Assembly: GCA_044221725.1 (NCBI GenBank)
Contig: JBGAON010000004.1
Location: 160,001 to 224,000 of the forward strand
Source: Elusimicrobiota bacterium
GTDB taxonomy: Bacteria > Elusimicrobiota > Elusimicrobia > F11
DNA length: 64,000 nt
Direction: 5' to 3'
A program made the translations under genes and the position numbers. Of the stretch, positions 54,326 through 64,000 are shown piece by piece (positions within the stretch are counted from its first letter, which is position 1; every line of letters begins with the position of its first letter). Below the pieces are notes generated by a model that saw only the letters and a program-made list of their open reading frames with translations, did not search any database and was not told the origin of the DNA.

Positions 54326-56395
54326 TCAAAGAGAAAGCGTGGTGCGTGGAAGAGCGGATTCGTCTTCATCGGCGGCTGGCGTGCACATCAACAATCGGCT
54401 TGAATCGATCGTGAAACGGTTCACAAGAAAATCTTTCACAGCGACGGAACGATCGGTGGCCAGTTTTAGGAGTTGGTCGCGTTTTTCTTGGGCAAGCAAT
54501 TCGGTTTTTTTTATTTTTTTACCGGGCGCCAAGTCCGGAAGCGTGCCGAACCCACAAACCGTCAGTTGTACGTTGGGACGTTCTTGCAGCTTTTTTCCTA
54601 CGGCCGAAAGATATTCTTCTGTTTCTTTCGTCATGTTCAAAGTCCCGGGTTCAAAGATCAGTGGTTGAAACCGCCACTTCGTAGCAAACTGAATGCCGCT
54701 CACCAACAGGTTTATGGTTTTGAGTGGGGGGAAAAAATATTCGGCGGCTTTTTCGGCGGCGATACCAATCGCGGTGGCCGTGATTTTCGCCATCAAGGAA
54801 CCGAACCCAACATCGGGGTCGCTTGCTGGACCTGTCACGGGCACGTTCAGTTCAATATTCCCGTACTTGTCTTTTATTAAAGCGAGCACGACATTGGTTG
54901 GAATTCCGATTCGCGCGGTTCGCTCATCTTCTTTTTCGCGATTGATGTACTGAAATTCAAGTTTCTTTAATACCACAAAGTTCTTTGCTTCCAATTGATC
55001 ATCGGTAATTGATGTTTCTGAGTCCATGTTGAAGACACCAGTTTGAATGCGGCTTCCAGTGTAGCGCTCCGAATATCCGGTGTAGGGCGTGAGATCAAGT
55101 TCTTTGATTCTTGCGGAAAACTTTCCGTTTAATTTTTTCGCAAACGGCGTGACATATCCTTTCGCCGAAAACCGGTCGTATTTTCCCAGAACCGCTTTAA
55201 AATCAAACGCCAGCGGCTGGTCCGGATGAATGGTCGAGATATTCGTTACGCTGAAATCGAATGGATTCATTCGAAAAACCGGCGGACGATGAAATGTTTC
55301 ATCGTGAAGTTCGAGCCGAACATTGCCGGCATTTTTTAGTTCGGCGATTTTAAATACGGACCGCGACGATTCTGATCCCGCATTTAAAAGTTGCAGGTTC
55401 ATGCCTTTCATATCGATCGGCCCGTTTATGTTGAACCGCAGCTTCTTGCCATACCCATTTTTGGTTTTTGGAGCTTTCTGGCTGAGGCCGCCCACGTCGA
55501 CGAAGTCCATTCGCGCGTCCCACTGGCCTTTGAACAAACCGTGCTTCGTCTCGTATCTCGAATCAATGTGCCCTTTAAGCGATATGTGGCCCACCAACTG
55601 CTCAATGCCAGATTTGGCAACGATAGCAGCCCAAGGCTTCAGCGGAAAATTTCTGATTGTGATCGCGGCCTGGATGTGCGGCGCGGCGCTGAACGGCGTG
55701 TAGGTGCCTTTCAGGAAAATGGGGCTTCCGTTTAAAACAAGGTCCGCTTCAATCGGTGTTGCGCTTTCGGGCCGCCACGATTCCGCCGGTCCAATATAAA
55801 GACGATTCACATGGAGCACGGAATTTATTTCGGGCGATCGGTAATCAAATTCCAAATTCTTGAAGGTCACTTTTCCGAAACCGACAGCCCACGGCTTGGA
55901 AGGCGGCGTCTGCACCGAGGTGGTCGGCTCGGCTCCGCTCTCAGCAGATCCCACTTTTGAAGTGTTCACGCCGTTAATAATCCATTCGCCCGCGGGATTT
56001 TTTTCGATCTGGAACCGCGCGTCAGCCAAGTCAATGTATCCGACGCGGATGCGATGAAAGAGAACATTCCACCAATCCAATCGTGCTTGCGCCGAGTCGA
56101 GGTGAAAGTCTTTGTTCAACAGCTGCGCGCCGCGCGCGGAGACCGTCACGCGCCCATTGGGCAGCACCACCAAAAATCCAAAGCGAAACGACCGACCTGT
56201 GAATTTCCGTGCCTGCCAAGCAACAATCCGAGGAACAACCAATCCCGTCAACAGGAATCCCAAAGCACCCAACACAACCAAACCGATGAAAATTCGGGTC
56301 CCTTTCTTGGCTCGAGATCGGGTCGCGCTAGATGTTTTTTCCTCCATGGCAGGAGTTTGTTTGGGCTCCGGAGGAGGCGCGAGTGTCGCTGTCAT
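54326..56395 (-). CDS. DUF748 (AsmA-like) domain protein with OmpA-like C-terminus
   Basis: N-terminal TM; LDLTPYTGY...IQTG; ALIKDKYGNIELNVPVTG. Confidence 0.75.
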   Translation of the reverse strand: MTATLAPPPEPKQTPAMEEKTSSATRSRAKKGTRIFIGLVVLGALGFLLTGLVVPRIVAWQARKFTGRSFRFGFLVVLPNGRVTVSARGAQLLNKDFHLDSAQARLDWWNVLFHRIRVGYIDLADARFQIEKNPAGEWIINGVNTSKVGSAESGAEPTTSVQTPPSKPWAVGFGKVTFKNLEFDYRSPEINSVLHVNRLYIGPAESWRPESATPIEADLVLNGSPIFLKGTYTPFSAAPHIQAAITIRNFPLKPWAAIVAKSGIEQLVGHISLKGHIDSRYETKHGLFKGQWDARMDFVDVGGLSQKAPKTKNGYGKKLRFNINGPIDMKGMNLQLLNAGSESSRSVFKIAELKNAGNVRLELHDETFHRPPVFRMNPFDFSVTNISTIHPDQPLAFDFKAVLGKYDRFSAKGYVTPFAKKLNGKFSARIKELDLTPYTGYSERYTGSRIQTGVFNMDSETSITDDQLEAKNFVVLKKLEFQYINREKEDERTARIGIPTNVVLALIKDKYGNIELNVPVTGPASDPDVGFGSLMAKITATAIGIAAEKAAEYFFPPLKTINLLVSGIQFATKWRFQPLIFEPGTLNMTKETEEYLSAVGKKLQERPNVQLTVCGFGTLPDLAPGKKIKKTELLAQEKRDQLLKLATDRSVAVKDFLVNRFTIDSSRLLMCTPAADEDESALPRTTLSL

Positions 56396-56401
56396 CGTGG
56401 T

Positions 56402-57244
56402 TTAATTTGAAACGAGTTCCGCTCCGTTCGGTTGGGTTTTGTTGATGATCACGCGATGCGGTACCGGCGCCGAAATTTTCGCGTCGTCAAAAGCAATTTT
56501 GATTTGTTCGAGAGCATCGAAATACACATTCCAGTAGTGCGCCGGTTCAACAAACGGTCGAATCGCCAACGTGACGGCACCATCGGCGACCTTTAATACG
56601 TTGATTGTTGGCGCCGGATTCTTCAATACGAGCGGATGACGCTTGAGACATTCCAATGCAACAGATTTTGATTTCGCAATGTTAGCGTCGGGAGAAATCG
56701 CCATTGTAAGGTCCACGCGAATATTTCCATGTCGCGAAAAATTCACAATGGTTCCATTGGAAACCGAAGAGTTGGCTAGGATGACCGTTTTGTTTTCAGG
56801 CGACAAAAGGATTGTGTTGAAAATTTGGATTTCTTTCACTTCGCCGAACTGTCCGGCCACTTCGATGACATCGCCCACTTTAATGGGCTTAAACACCAAA
56901 AGCAGCACGCCTCCCGCAAAATTTGAGAGAGAGCCCTGCAGCGCAAGCCCAACGGCGAGCCCCGCGGCCCCGATGACCGCGACGAACGATGTGGTTTGGA
57001 TTCCAATAATGCCTGCGACGCTCACCAACAACAAAACTTTGAGGCTTACGTTTAGCAGGCTCGATAAAAATGATTGGAGGGATTCATCGAGACGCCGCTG
57101 AAACATGATCTTGGAAACCATCTTAGTGGCAAGATTGGCGGCCCAGAGCCCCACGATAAAAACAATTAGTGCCGATACCAACTTCGGCGCGTAGAGAACA
57201 ACGACGTTTTTGAACTGATCAACGACAGAAATGGCTTGATCCAT
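56402..57244 (-). CDS. mscS: Small-conductance mechanosensitive channel
   Basis: AVIGAAGLAVGLALQGSLSNFAGG, KPIKVGD. Confidence 0.93.
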   Translation of the reverse strand: MDQAISVVDQFKNVVVLYAPKLVSALIVFIVGLWAANLATKMVSKIMFQRRLDESLQSFLSSLLNVSLKVLLLVSVAGIIGIQTTSFVAVIGAAGLAVGLALQGSLSNFAGGVLLLVFKPIKVGDVIEVAGQFGEVKEIQIFNTILLSPENKTVILANSSVSNGTIVNFSRHGNIRVDLTMAISPDANIAKSKSVALECLKRHPLVLKNPAPTINVLKVADGAVTLAIRPFVEPAHYWNVYFDALEQIKIAFDDAKISAPVPHRVIINKTQPNGAELVSN

Positions 57245-57289
57245 TTTTGTTACCCCCAATTACTCAATTGTGTGAAAACAGTCGCTACG

Positions 57290-57688
57290 TTACTTCGCCG
57301 TCGCCGGCACCGGTTCAACGATCTTGTTGCGCTTGTCTTTTCCGTGATACGTGACAGCGCGCGGCCCCATGTCCACGCGGTACCAAACGATGCCGGCCGC
57401 GGCGATCTCTGCGAGAAACTGAGGATAGGTCGACTCCCGTTTTTGTGAGCGTTTGAGCGCGACGTGGAACGCGGCCGCATCAAACTTTCCCGCGGACAGC
57501 GGTGTAAATCCCACCGGCGCCGGATGCGTGATGGACGTTTTTCCGCCGACGTATTTGACCGTGTACGTCAAAACGTCCACTTCGTAACGTTCGACGCCGA
57601 TGCTTTTTAAAGCGTCAAACAGTTGCGGATAGGACCATTTATTGTCGGTGGCTTGTTTATAAACCTGTTGAAGTGATTGTTCATCCAC
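57290..57688 (-). CDS. DUF1398-like protein
   Basis: Two repeats YPQ....K/A..G...Y.VD....VTY. Confidence 0.7.
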   Translation of the reverse strand: MDEQSLQQVYKQATDNKWSYPQLFDALKSIGVERYEVDVLTYTVKYVGGKTSITHPAPVGFTPLSAGKFDAAAFHVALKRSQKRESTYPQFLAEIAAAGIVWYRVDMGPRAVTYHGKDKRNKIVEPVPATAK

Positions 57689-57724
57689 GGTCCCATGATT
57701 GTACTAGACGTGGGACCGCTTGAA

Positions 57725-58321
57725 TCAAACGCGCAGATGAGCGAGAAGGTTTAAAGAACCCCCGCCGTCCACGTCGCCCACTTTGAAGAAGAAATGTTGA
57801 TAATCCACGCTCACGCCAAACGTTGCGCCAGCGGAGACGGGCATATCAAAACCAACACCGAGCAAGAAGGTGGGGCTGATGTCCTCTTCGTTGTTGCCAC
57901 GTGTAACGGGAGCGCCCGTAGCATTTGATGCCTCAACATTCACTTGTGTCCGCGCAAATCCAAAACCGCCTTCAAAAAATGGCGATCGGTTACCTTTCGG
58001 TGCAAGATCGTGACGAACCATCGCCAGCATACTGATGATGCTTACTTCGGTGTTCACCTGGTCCATGGAATCTTTTCCAAACGAAGCGTAGCTCATGCCG
58101 ACACCATAGCTTTCGTAGGGATTAACACGATGCATGGCTTGCGCAGCGATGGCGATTCCGGGATCTGCGATATCGTCCAAGTCTCCAACCAATGGAAGTG
58201 CCAATCCAATGTGCGCGGATGTTGTTGTTTGCATTTCCGCCGCAGCAGCCACCGTCCCTAAAAACAGGCTTGAACCTAAAACGAGCGCCATCATTATTAT
58301 TTTATTGTGAGTCGTTAACAT
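57725..58321 (-). CDS. Eight-stranded outer-membrane beta-barrel protein
   Basis: Signal peptide, PFFEGGFG, LGVGFD. Confidence 0.7.
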   Translation of the reverse strand: MLTTHNKIIMMALVLGSSLFLGTVAAAAEMQTTTSAHIGLALPLVGDLDDIADPGIAIAAQAMHRVNPYESYGVGMSYASFGKDSMDQVNTEVSIISMLAMVRHDLAPKGNRSPFFEGGFGFARTQVNVEASNATGAPVTRGNNEEDISPTFLLGVGFDMPVSAGATFGVSVDYQHFFFKVGDVDGGGSLNLLAHLRV

Positions 58322-58369
58322 TGCGTCCTCCTGAGAGTTGTGAAAATTTTAAGCGGTTAAACATATCTA

Positions 58370-59224
58370 CTACGTGCGAGCAACCAAAATCTCCTCACCG
58401 TTGGATGGAAGAAGTCCGTCCTTGCGGTTGGCAAAATAACGTTTGCGGGTTACCTCGGCGGATACGTGTTCGGGATTCTTGAGCCCGGCGTGTTTCGCCA
58501 GCGCCACCAAATCGGCCGGAGCGTAAAAGCTGATGAACGGTGTGCCGGACATTGACGCGCCTCTTTTCGCGCGCTCGGCCATGTCGCGATCTTCCTCGTC
58601 GACGAGTTCAATCGGCAACATAAACGTCACAACAACGGTTGATCCCGGTGCCAGCGTGGCGAGCCGGCGTAACGTGGCTCTGTTCGCTTCGTCCGTTAAA
58701 TACATACTGACACCGGTCGACGCGATCACGGCCGGTTTTTTTTCATCAAAGCCGGCCTTCAGTAACGCGTCCCACCACGACATCTTTTCAAAATCAACCG
58801 ACACCATTCGTAGCCACGCCGGCACGCCGTAGCCCAGTTGGTTCAATCGTTCGCGTTTCCACGCTTGTGGACCGGGACGGTCAATTTCAAATACGCGTAA
58901 GCGCGATGCGAGTTTTGTGTTTCGCTCGGCGAACGTGTCGAGTCCCGCGCCGAGCAGAACGTATTGACCGACGCCGCGCTCCGCTTGTTCGGCCAGCAAA
59001 TCTTCGACGAAGCGTGTGCGCGCAACAATGGACGCGCGGATGCGGCGTGTCCATGCGGGGTTCATATCGGGTCGCTTGCGCCAGTCTTCGGTGGGCGCTA
59101 CAAGTTTTAAGCCTATCTCATCGTCGAGCACGAGCGGCGGTGAATCGATTTGCGCGTGCATCGCTCGCCACAGCGCTACGCGCACCGCGGTGCTGTCGGG
59201 TTGCGCGGTTTCATTCTCGGTCAC
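58370..59224 (-). CDS. Class I SAM-dependent methyltransferase (LCM family)
   Basis: ARTRFVED, QYVLLGAGLDTFA, VFEIDRP, GVSMYL. Confidence 0.9.
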   Translation of the reverse strand: MTENETAQPDSTAVRVALWRAMHAQIDSPPLVLDDEIGLKLVAPTEDWRKRPDMNPAWTRRIRASIVARTRFVEDLLAEQAERGVGQYVLLGAGLDTFAERNTKLASRLRVFEIDRPGPQAWKRERLNQLGYGVPAWLRMVSVDFEKMSWWDALLKAGFDEKKPAVIASTGVSMYLTDEANRATLRRLATLAPGSTVVVTFMLPIELVDEEDRDMAERAKRGASMSGTPFISFYAPADLVALAKHAGLKNPEHVSAEVTRKRYFANRKDGLLPSNGEEILVART

Positions 59225-59307
59225 GGGGCATTCTCCTTAGCGGTTTCTCAGGACCATTCTAACACGCGGCCTTTCGAACCAGCGTTGGAATTGAGCGTAT
59301 CTGAGAT

Positions 59308-60375
59308 ATGGTTAAACGATTCGCGCTTGTCTCTGTGTGGCTATTTGTCGGTTGCGCGCGCTGCGTTGTCGGAAAAAACGAACGCGCGGATTTTTATCCA
59401 ACGCCGAGCCGGTTTAACGAAGCGAAAAAAGCGTGGGAAGTAACACTCGAAGGTCGCATCTACGAACCGAAAGAAAATGCGGCGATCAAAGCCACGGTTG
59501 CGAGTCTTCGAATTTTAAACCTCGCCGTACAAAAAATCGACACGCGGTTTGTTGATGAGCGGCTCGCCTCGTTGTTTGCTGAAAACAAAAAAGGGCGCCG
59601 CGTGCGCCTGCAATTTTCCGACCGCGGAACGCCCGCGAAAATCGGCAAAACCAATTCTGTGGGTCAGTTTGAAAAACAAATTGAGATCCCGGCTGACCGT
59701 ATGACGCGCCCCGATGCCGATGGGTTTGCCAGTTACAGCGTGAGCGCGTGCGCGCCGCAAGAACCGTCGGGTTTTGTGCAGCTGCTCGCGTCGTCCGGAA
59801 CATCCGTGATTTCGACCGTCGATGACACGCTAAAAATTACGGGCAGCGACGCGCCGGCCGCCGCGGCTGTGAACAGTTTGTTGCGGCGCTACGAGTCCGT
59901 GCCTGGCATGGCGCGGTTGTATCAAGATTGGCATGCGAAAGGCGCCGCGTTTCATTATGTCTCTGGTATGCCGCGCGAGCTTTATCCATCGTTTGCGCGG
60001 TTTTTAGCGGAAGGAGGTTTTCCGAAAGGCTCCATTGAATTGCGAACGTGGTCGTTGCAAGGAGAGTCGCTGCTCGACAAAATGGACCAATTGGCCGCCG
60101 CATTCAACGACGAAAGCTTCAAGAACGATGTGATTTCAAAAATGCTCGAGCAGTTTCCCAATCGCCGTTTTATTTTGGTTGGGAATTCGGTATCGAACGA
60201 CCCTGAAGTGATGGGCGAGCTGGCGTACCGCTATCCATCGCGCGTGTCGGCCGTTTACATTCTCGATCCAATGCAAGCCGACACGCGCGCACGACTGGAA
60301 ACCGCGTTTCGCGAGGTGCCAAAAGAAAAGTGGCACGTGTTCCGCAAGCCCGCCGAACTCACGACCGCGCTTTAA
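59308..60375 (+). CDS. App1-family phosphatidate-phosphatase-like lipoprotein (degenerate motifs)
   Basis: VISTVDDTLK, VPGMA.LY, FHYVSG.P..LY, GFPKG, FP.RRFILVGNS..DPE. Confidence 0.75.
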   Translation: MVKRFALVSVWLFVGCARCVVGKNERADFYPTPSRFNEAKKAWEVTLEGRIYEPKENAAIKATVASLRILNLAVQKIDTRFVDERLASLFAENKKGRRVRLQFSDRGTPAKIGKTNSVGQFEKQIEIPADRMTRPDADGFASYSVSACAPQEPSGFVQLLASSGTSVISTVDDTLKITGSDAPAAAAVNSLLRRYESVPGMARLYQDWHAKGAAFHYVSGMPRELYPSFARFLAEGGFPKGSIELRTWSLQGESLLDKMDQLAAAFNDESFKNDVISKMLEQFPNRRFILVGNSVSNDPEVMGELAYRYPSRVSAVYILDPMQADTRARLETAFREVPKEKWHVFRKPAELTTAL

Positions 60376-60414
60376 AGTTCGCTCGTCGTGCGCAGGCTCA
60401 TGTTTTTATGGCGC

Positions 60415-62649
60415 CTATTTTTCGTTTGTTACCGGCACCGTGTTCCGAATCAGTTTTGCCGAAACCCCAAAAACAAACCACGTAAGCGCGAGCGCACCGA
60501 TGGCAAAAACCGTGTCGCCCGGCACGCGCAGCCAGCGCAACGTCTGCATCAGGGGTGTTTTCAAGAATTCGTGGCTGCGCGCATACCAGTAACCGTGGTC
60601 AACCGAGGCCCAGGTCTGTAAAAGTCCGACGGGCAACAAGCTGAACAGGATCATGGCGGCCAAACCCAAATTCATGCACCAGAACGAAAACTTGAGAATG
60701 GATTCGTTCCATTTGAGCGACGGGTTCATCGCTTTCAAGCAGAACAACATCAGGGCGATGCCGAGCATGCCGTACACGCCGAAGAGCGCTGCGTGGCCGT
60801 GCACCGGCGTCGTGTTCAAACCCTGCATGTAATAAAGAGCTATCGGCGGGTTGATCATGAAACCGAAAAGGCCGGCGCCCACCATGTTCCAAAACGCGAC
60901 CGCAAGAAAGTAATAAATCGGCCAGCGATAGTTGGCGATCCATTCGGATGCCTTGGAAAGGCGGTAATCGTCCCACGCGCTGTAGGCGACGAGCATGAGC
61001 GGCACTACCTCGAGAGCGCTGAATACCGAGCCCCACGCAATCGCTACCGTCGGCGTGCCGCTGAAATAGAGATGATGCAGCGTGCCGATGATGCCGCCCG
61101 ACAAGTAAATTGTTGCCGACAAGAGGGCCGTCTCCGCTGCGAACGCCGGTTTGATGAGATTGAGTTTCGTGAAGAAGAACGCAATCACCACGGTGGCAAA
61201 CACTTCAAAAAACCCTTCGACCCACAGATGCACAACCCACCAACGCCAATATTCCACGATCGACAGGTGTGTTTGGCGACCCCAGCTAAGTCCCGCTCCG
61301 TAAAACAAGCCGATCGCGGTTGTTGAAATAAGAAACAACGCGAGCAGCGGTTTGTGATCGCCAGGTTTTCGAAAGGCCGGCGCAATCCCGCGGATTACGA
61401 GGAACAGCCAGAGAAGGAGACCGACAAACAACGCCAACTGCCACACGCGACCGAGGTCAACGTACTCGTAGCCTTGATGTCCGAAATAAAACCACGCGTC
61501 GCCTTTCAGTTTGTTGAAGATGCTAAGCCACTGGCCTGTCATGGATCCGGCCACGACCAAAAGCAGCGCAATGAAAAGCGCGTTCACGCCCAACGCTTGG
61601 CCTTTGCGTTCTTCGCCGCTGACGGCCGGGCCAATGAAAAGACCCGCGGCGAGCCATGCCGTTGCAATCCACAGGACCCCCAGTTGCACGTGCCATGTTC
61701 GCGTCACGCTATAGGGAAGCCACTGCGCGAGGGGGAATCCATAAAACCCGCCGCCTTCCACACCGTAGTGCGCGGTTATTACGCCGGCCAGTATTTGAAC
61801 GACAATTAATAACGACACGACCCAAAAATATTTCAGCGTTGCGCGTTGGGATGCGGTGAGCGTGGAACCGATGAGCGGATCTTTCTGCGGCGCCTTTTCG
61901 GGCGCGGGCCCGCCGCGCGAGACATAGAACCACACAAGCGCTGCAATGCCGCCCAGCAGCATCAACACACTCACGCCGGTCCATACGACGGTTTCGCCGG
62001 TCGGCCGATTTCCGGTGAGCGGTTCGTGCGGCCAGTTGCTCGTGTAAGAGATTTTGTGATTCGGTCGGTTTGTGGAAGCAGCCCACGATGTCCAAAAGAA
62101 GAACGACGACAAATCGCGCAAGCGACCCGGATCGGTGACCGCTCCTTTGTGGATGGCGTATTCCTCCTTCCCGTTCAAGAAAACGTCGGAAAAATGCTGA
62201 TGATTGCTTTCAAATGCCTGCACGCGCAACGGATCGATTACGAGGGTTTTGGTTTCCGGGTTGTAGGTGTTCGTGCGGAGGAAATCCTGCAGACGGTTTT
62301 CCAATTGCCCTTTGTTCTCGTTCGGCAAAGAATCAAAATTCGTTTTGAAATCGGTCTGTGCCCAGGAATCAAGAATAAACATTGCTTCGCGGTGCAGCCA
62401 ATCGGCGGTCCAGTCGGGGGCGACGTAACTGCCGTGGCCCCACACCGACCCCACTTCCATTCCGCCCATTGCTTGCCACACATTCTGGCCGCGGGAGATT
62501 TGACCGTGGTCGATCAGGACGGTTCCATCGGTGCTGGTGACTTGTTCCGGAATCGGTGGAAGTTCTTGATAAATGCGAGAGCCCACCCATCCCAACACGC
62601 CAAATGATACAGCCAAGACGCCAACAAATAGTAACCACAGCTTCTTCAT
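60415..62649 (-). CDS. norB: Quinol-dependent nitric oxide reductase (qNOR)
   Basis: GSVWGHGSYVAPDWTADWLHRE, RTWH, WWVVHLWVEGFFEVF, GTLHH, HGHAALFGVYG. Confidence 0.96.
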   Translation of the reverse strand: MKKLWLLFVGVLAVSFGVLGWVGSRIYQELPPIPEQVTSTDGTVLIDHGQISRGQNVWQAMGGMEVGSVWGHGSYVAPDWTADWLHREAMFILDSWAQTDFKTNFDSLPNENKGQLENRLQDFLRTNTYNPETKTLVIDPLRVQAFESNHQHFSDVFLNGKEEYAIHKGAVTDPGRLRDLSSFFFWTSWAASTNRPNHKISYTSNWPHEPLTGNRPTGETVVWTGVSVLMLLGGIAALVWFYVSRGGPAPEKAPQKDPLIGSTLTASQRATLKYFWVVSLLIVVQILAGVITAHYGVEGGGFYGFPLAQWLPYSVTRTWHVQLGVLWIATAWLAAGLFIGPAVSGEERKGQALGVNALFIALLLVVAGSMTGQWLSIFNKLKGDAWFYFGHQGYEYVDLGRVWQLALFVGLLLWLFLVIRGIAPAFRKPGDHKPLLALFLISTTAIGLFYGAGLSWGRQTHLSIVEYWRWWVVHLWVEGFFEVFATVVIAFFFTKLNLIKPAFAAETALLSATIYLSGGIIGTLHHLYFSGTPTVAIAWGSVFSALEVVPLMLVAYSAWDDYRLSKASEWIANYRWPIYYFLAVAFWNMVGAGLFGFMINPPIALYYMQGLNTTPVHGHAALFGVYGMLGIALMLFCLKAMNPSLKWNESILKFSFWCMNLGLAAMILFSLLPVGLLQTWASVDHGYWYARSHEFLKTPLMQTLRWLRVPGDTVFAIGALALTWFVFGVSAKLIRNTVPVTNEK

Positions 62650-62758
62650 TCCATCCCCCTATATGTTCCGCATGCGATGCGGAAATCTTTCCGGCGCGCA
62701 TATTAACATGCGATTTCATATTGCGAATATGACGGAGCTCATATTTGGCAGAAATATC

Positions 62759-62787
62759 TTGAATATTTAACCAATTAGTTAAATAAT
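62759..62787 (+). promoter_or_regulatory. Promoter TTGAAT-N17-AATAAT with ATTTAAC-N6-GTTAAAT operator; likely leaderless ArsR mRNA
   Basis: Palindrome at 62765-62784; ATG 5 nt after the -10; no SD. Confidence 0.7.
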
Positions 62788-62792
62788 GTGGC

Positions 62793-63137
62793 ATGCTCAC
62801 CGACGACCAACTGAACCAAACTTTCAACGCCCTCGCCGATCCCACGCGCCGGGCCATGCTCGCCCGTTTATCGCGCGGCGAAGCAAACGTTTCTGATCTG
62901 GCCGCGCCCTTTCTGGACAAGATGAGCTTGCCAGCCGTCACCAAGCATTTAAAAGTACTCGAAAACGCTGGGCTTGTGCTGAAAGGCCGGGACGCGCAGT
63001 GGCGCCCGTGCGTAATAAATGGAGAAGCGCTCAAAGAAGCGTCCGACTGGATGGAGCGATACCGGGTTCATTGGGAAGCGAGTTTCGATCGGCTCGACGA
63101 ATATTTAAAGAAAGTCACAAAAGGAAAAAAATTATGA
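62793..63137 (+). CDS. ArsR/SmtB family regulator
   Basis: F.ALADPTRRAMLARL, MSLPAVTKHLKVLE.AGLV, GRDAQWRPC. Confidence 0.93.
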   Translation: MLTDDQLNQTFNALADPTRRAMLARLSRGEANVSDLAAPFLDKMSLPAVTKHLKVLENAGLVLKGRDAQWRPCVINGEALKEASDWMERYRVHWEASFDRLDEYLKKVTKGKKL

Positions 63138-64000
63138 CAACCGCGCAAGCGAAATCGAACGAATTAAAAATTACGCGTTTCTACGAGGCGCCCGTCGCCG
63201 CTGTTTGGGCCGCCTGGACCGACCCGAAACAAGTGGCGCAATGGTGGGGGCCGCGCGGTTTCTCGCTCACCACACACGCGCACGATTTGAAAACCGGTGG
63301 TCATTGGCATTACACAATGCACGGGCCCGATGGCGCCAATTACGTGAACAAAACGAAATATCACGAAGTTATTACGCACAAGAGAATGGTTTACGACCAC
63401 GGAGGAAACGACGAACGAAAACCACTTTTCCGCGTCACCGTTAATTTTGCGGCGGTCAATGGCGGGACGCTGATGGACATGACCATGGCGTGCCCAACAC
63501 CGGAGGAGGCTGAGCAGACAAAGAAGTTCGTGAAAAAAGCGGGCGGTGAAGCCACGTGGGATAGGCTTGCGGAGTACCTTATGAAAGGTTCGTCGGGAAA
63601 AGACATTTTTGTGATTAATCGTTCGTTTGATGTGCCGATCGAAACGATGTACGAGATGTGGACGAATCCGGCGCATGTAGCGCAATGGCTGCCGCCGACG
63701 GGATTCAGCATGAAATATCTCAAGGCGGATATTTGCGAGGGCGGTTCGGCATCGTATTCCATGTTCGCGGAGAACGGCGGTATGACCATGCACGGTCGCG
63801 CGTCCTATTTGAAGTTGGTCAAGCCACACACGATTGTTTACACGCAACAGTTCGTCGATGAAAAAGGGAATATTTCGCGGCATCCAATGGCGCCCACGTG
63901 GCCCGAGACGATGCTTACCACGGTCACGCTCACCGAAGAAGGCGCAAACAAAACACGCGTCAGCGTAAAATGGGAAGTCTACGGACATGCGTCCGACGCA
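63134..64000 (+). CDS. Tandem SRPBCC (AHSA1-like) domain protein, runs off the window edge
   Basis: MTTAQAKSNELKITRFYEAPVAAVWAAWTDPKQVAQWWGPRGF...; second domain VINRSFDVPIETMYEMWTNP; ATGA overlap with ArsR; not in the ORF track. Confidence 0.9.
   Translation, partial: MTTAQAKSNELKITRFYEAPVAAVWAAWTDPKQVAQWWGPRGFSLTTHAHDLKTGGHWHYTMHGPDGANYVNKTKYHEVITHKRMVYDHGGNDERKPLFRVTVNFAAVNGGTLMDMTMACPTPEEAEQTKKFVKKAGGEATWDRLAEYLMKGSSGKDIFVINRSFDVPIETMYEMWTNPAHVAQWLPPTGFSMKYLKADICEGGSASYSMFAENGGMTMHGRASYLKLVKPHTIVYTQQFVDEKGNISRHPMAPTWPETMLTTVTLTEEGANKTRVSVKWEVYGHASDA

Overview
A 64-kb bacterial chromosomal segment of moderately high GC (about 50-55%, judged by eye). The host is diderm, as shown by the outer-membrane beta-barrels, a BamA/TamA-like protein and a FlgD-like C-terminal tail; Elusimicrobiota is a plausible but unproven guess. 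Most of the window is accessory, stress and housekeeping genes: OYE, SDR, ABC-2 exporter, bacterial topoisomerase VI (top6B-top6A), HspR-like-hsp20, a 1626-aa PA14/glycoside-hydrolase-like protein, mtnA plus an aldolase-SDR fusion, msrA, an ABC-F, recQ, tRNA-Ser(TGA), mscS, qNOR and ArsR-SRPBCC. Five things are not explained by the ORF track. (1) An integrase-less integron cassette array (10477-15901) has six attC sites in two sequence families, a BrnT-type toxin-antitoxin cassette, two reverse-oriented ORF6N cassettes, a fused cassette, and nested IS1182/IS3 insertions inside one attC. (2) A recurring ECF-sigma-type promoter (GAAC-N16/17-CGTA) precedes about 14 genes and defines a putative general-stress regulon. 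(3) One member of that regulon is an unannotated stand-alone unit: promoter, 10-nt Shine-Dalgarno, 13-aa ORF, multibranch RNA structure and terminator (22790-23033). (4) An HTH-GHKL-ATPase/STAS-like pair has a perfect 15-bp inverted-repeat operator. (5) mtnA is translationally coupled to an aldolase-dehydrogenase fusion, resembling the DHAP shunt. All family assignments come from motif recognition by eye, not from database searches.
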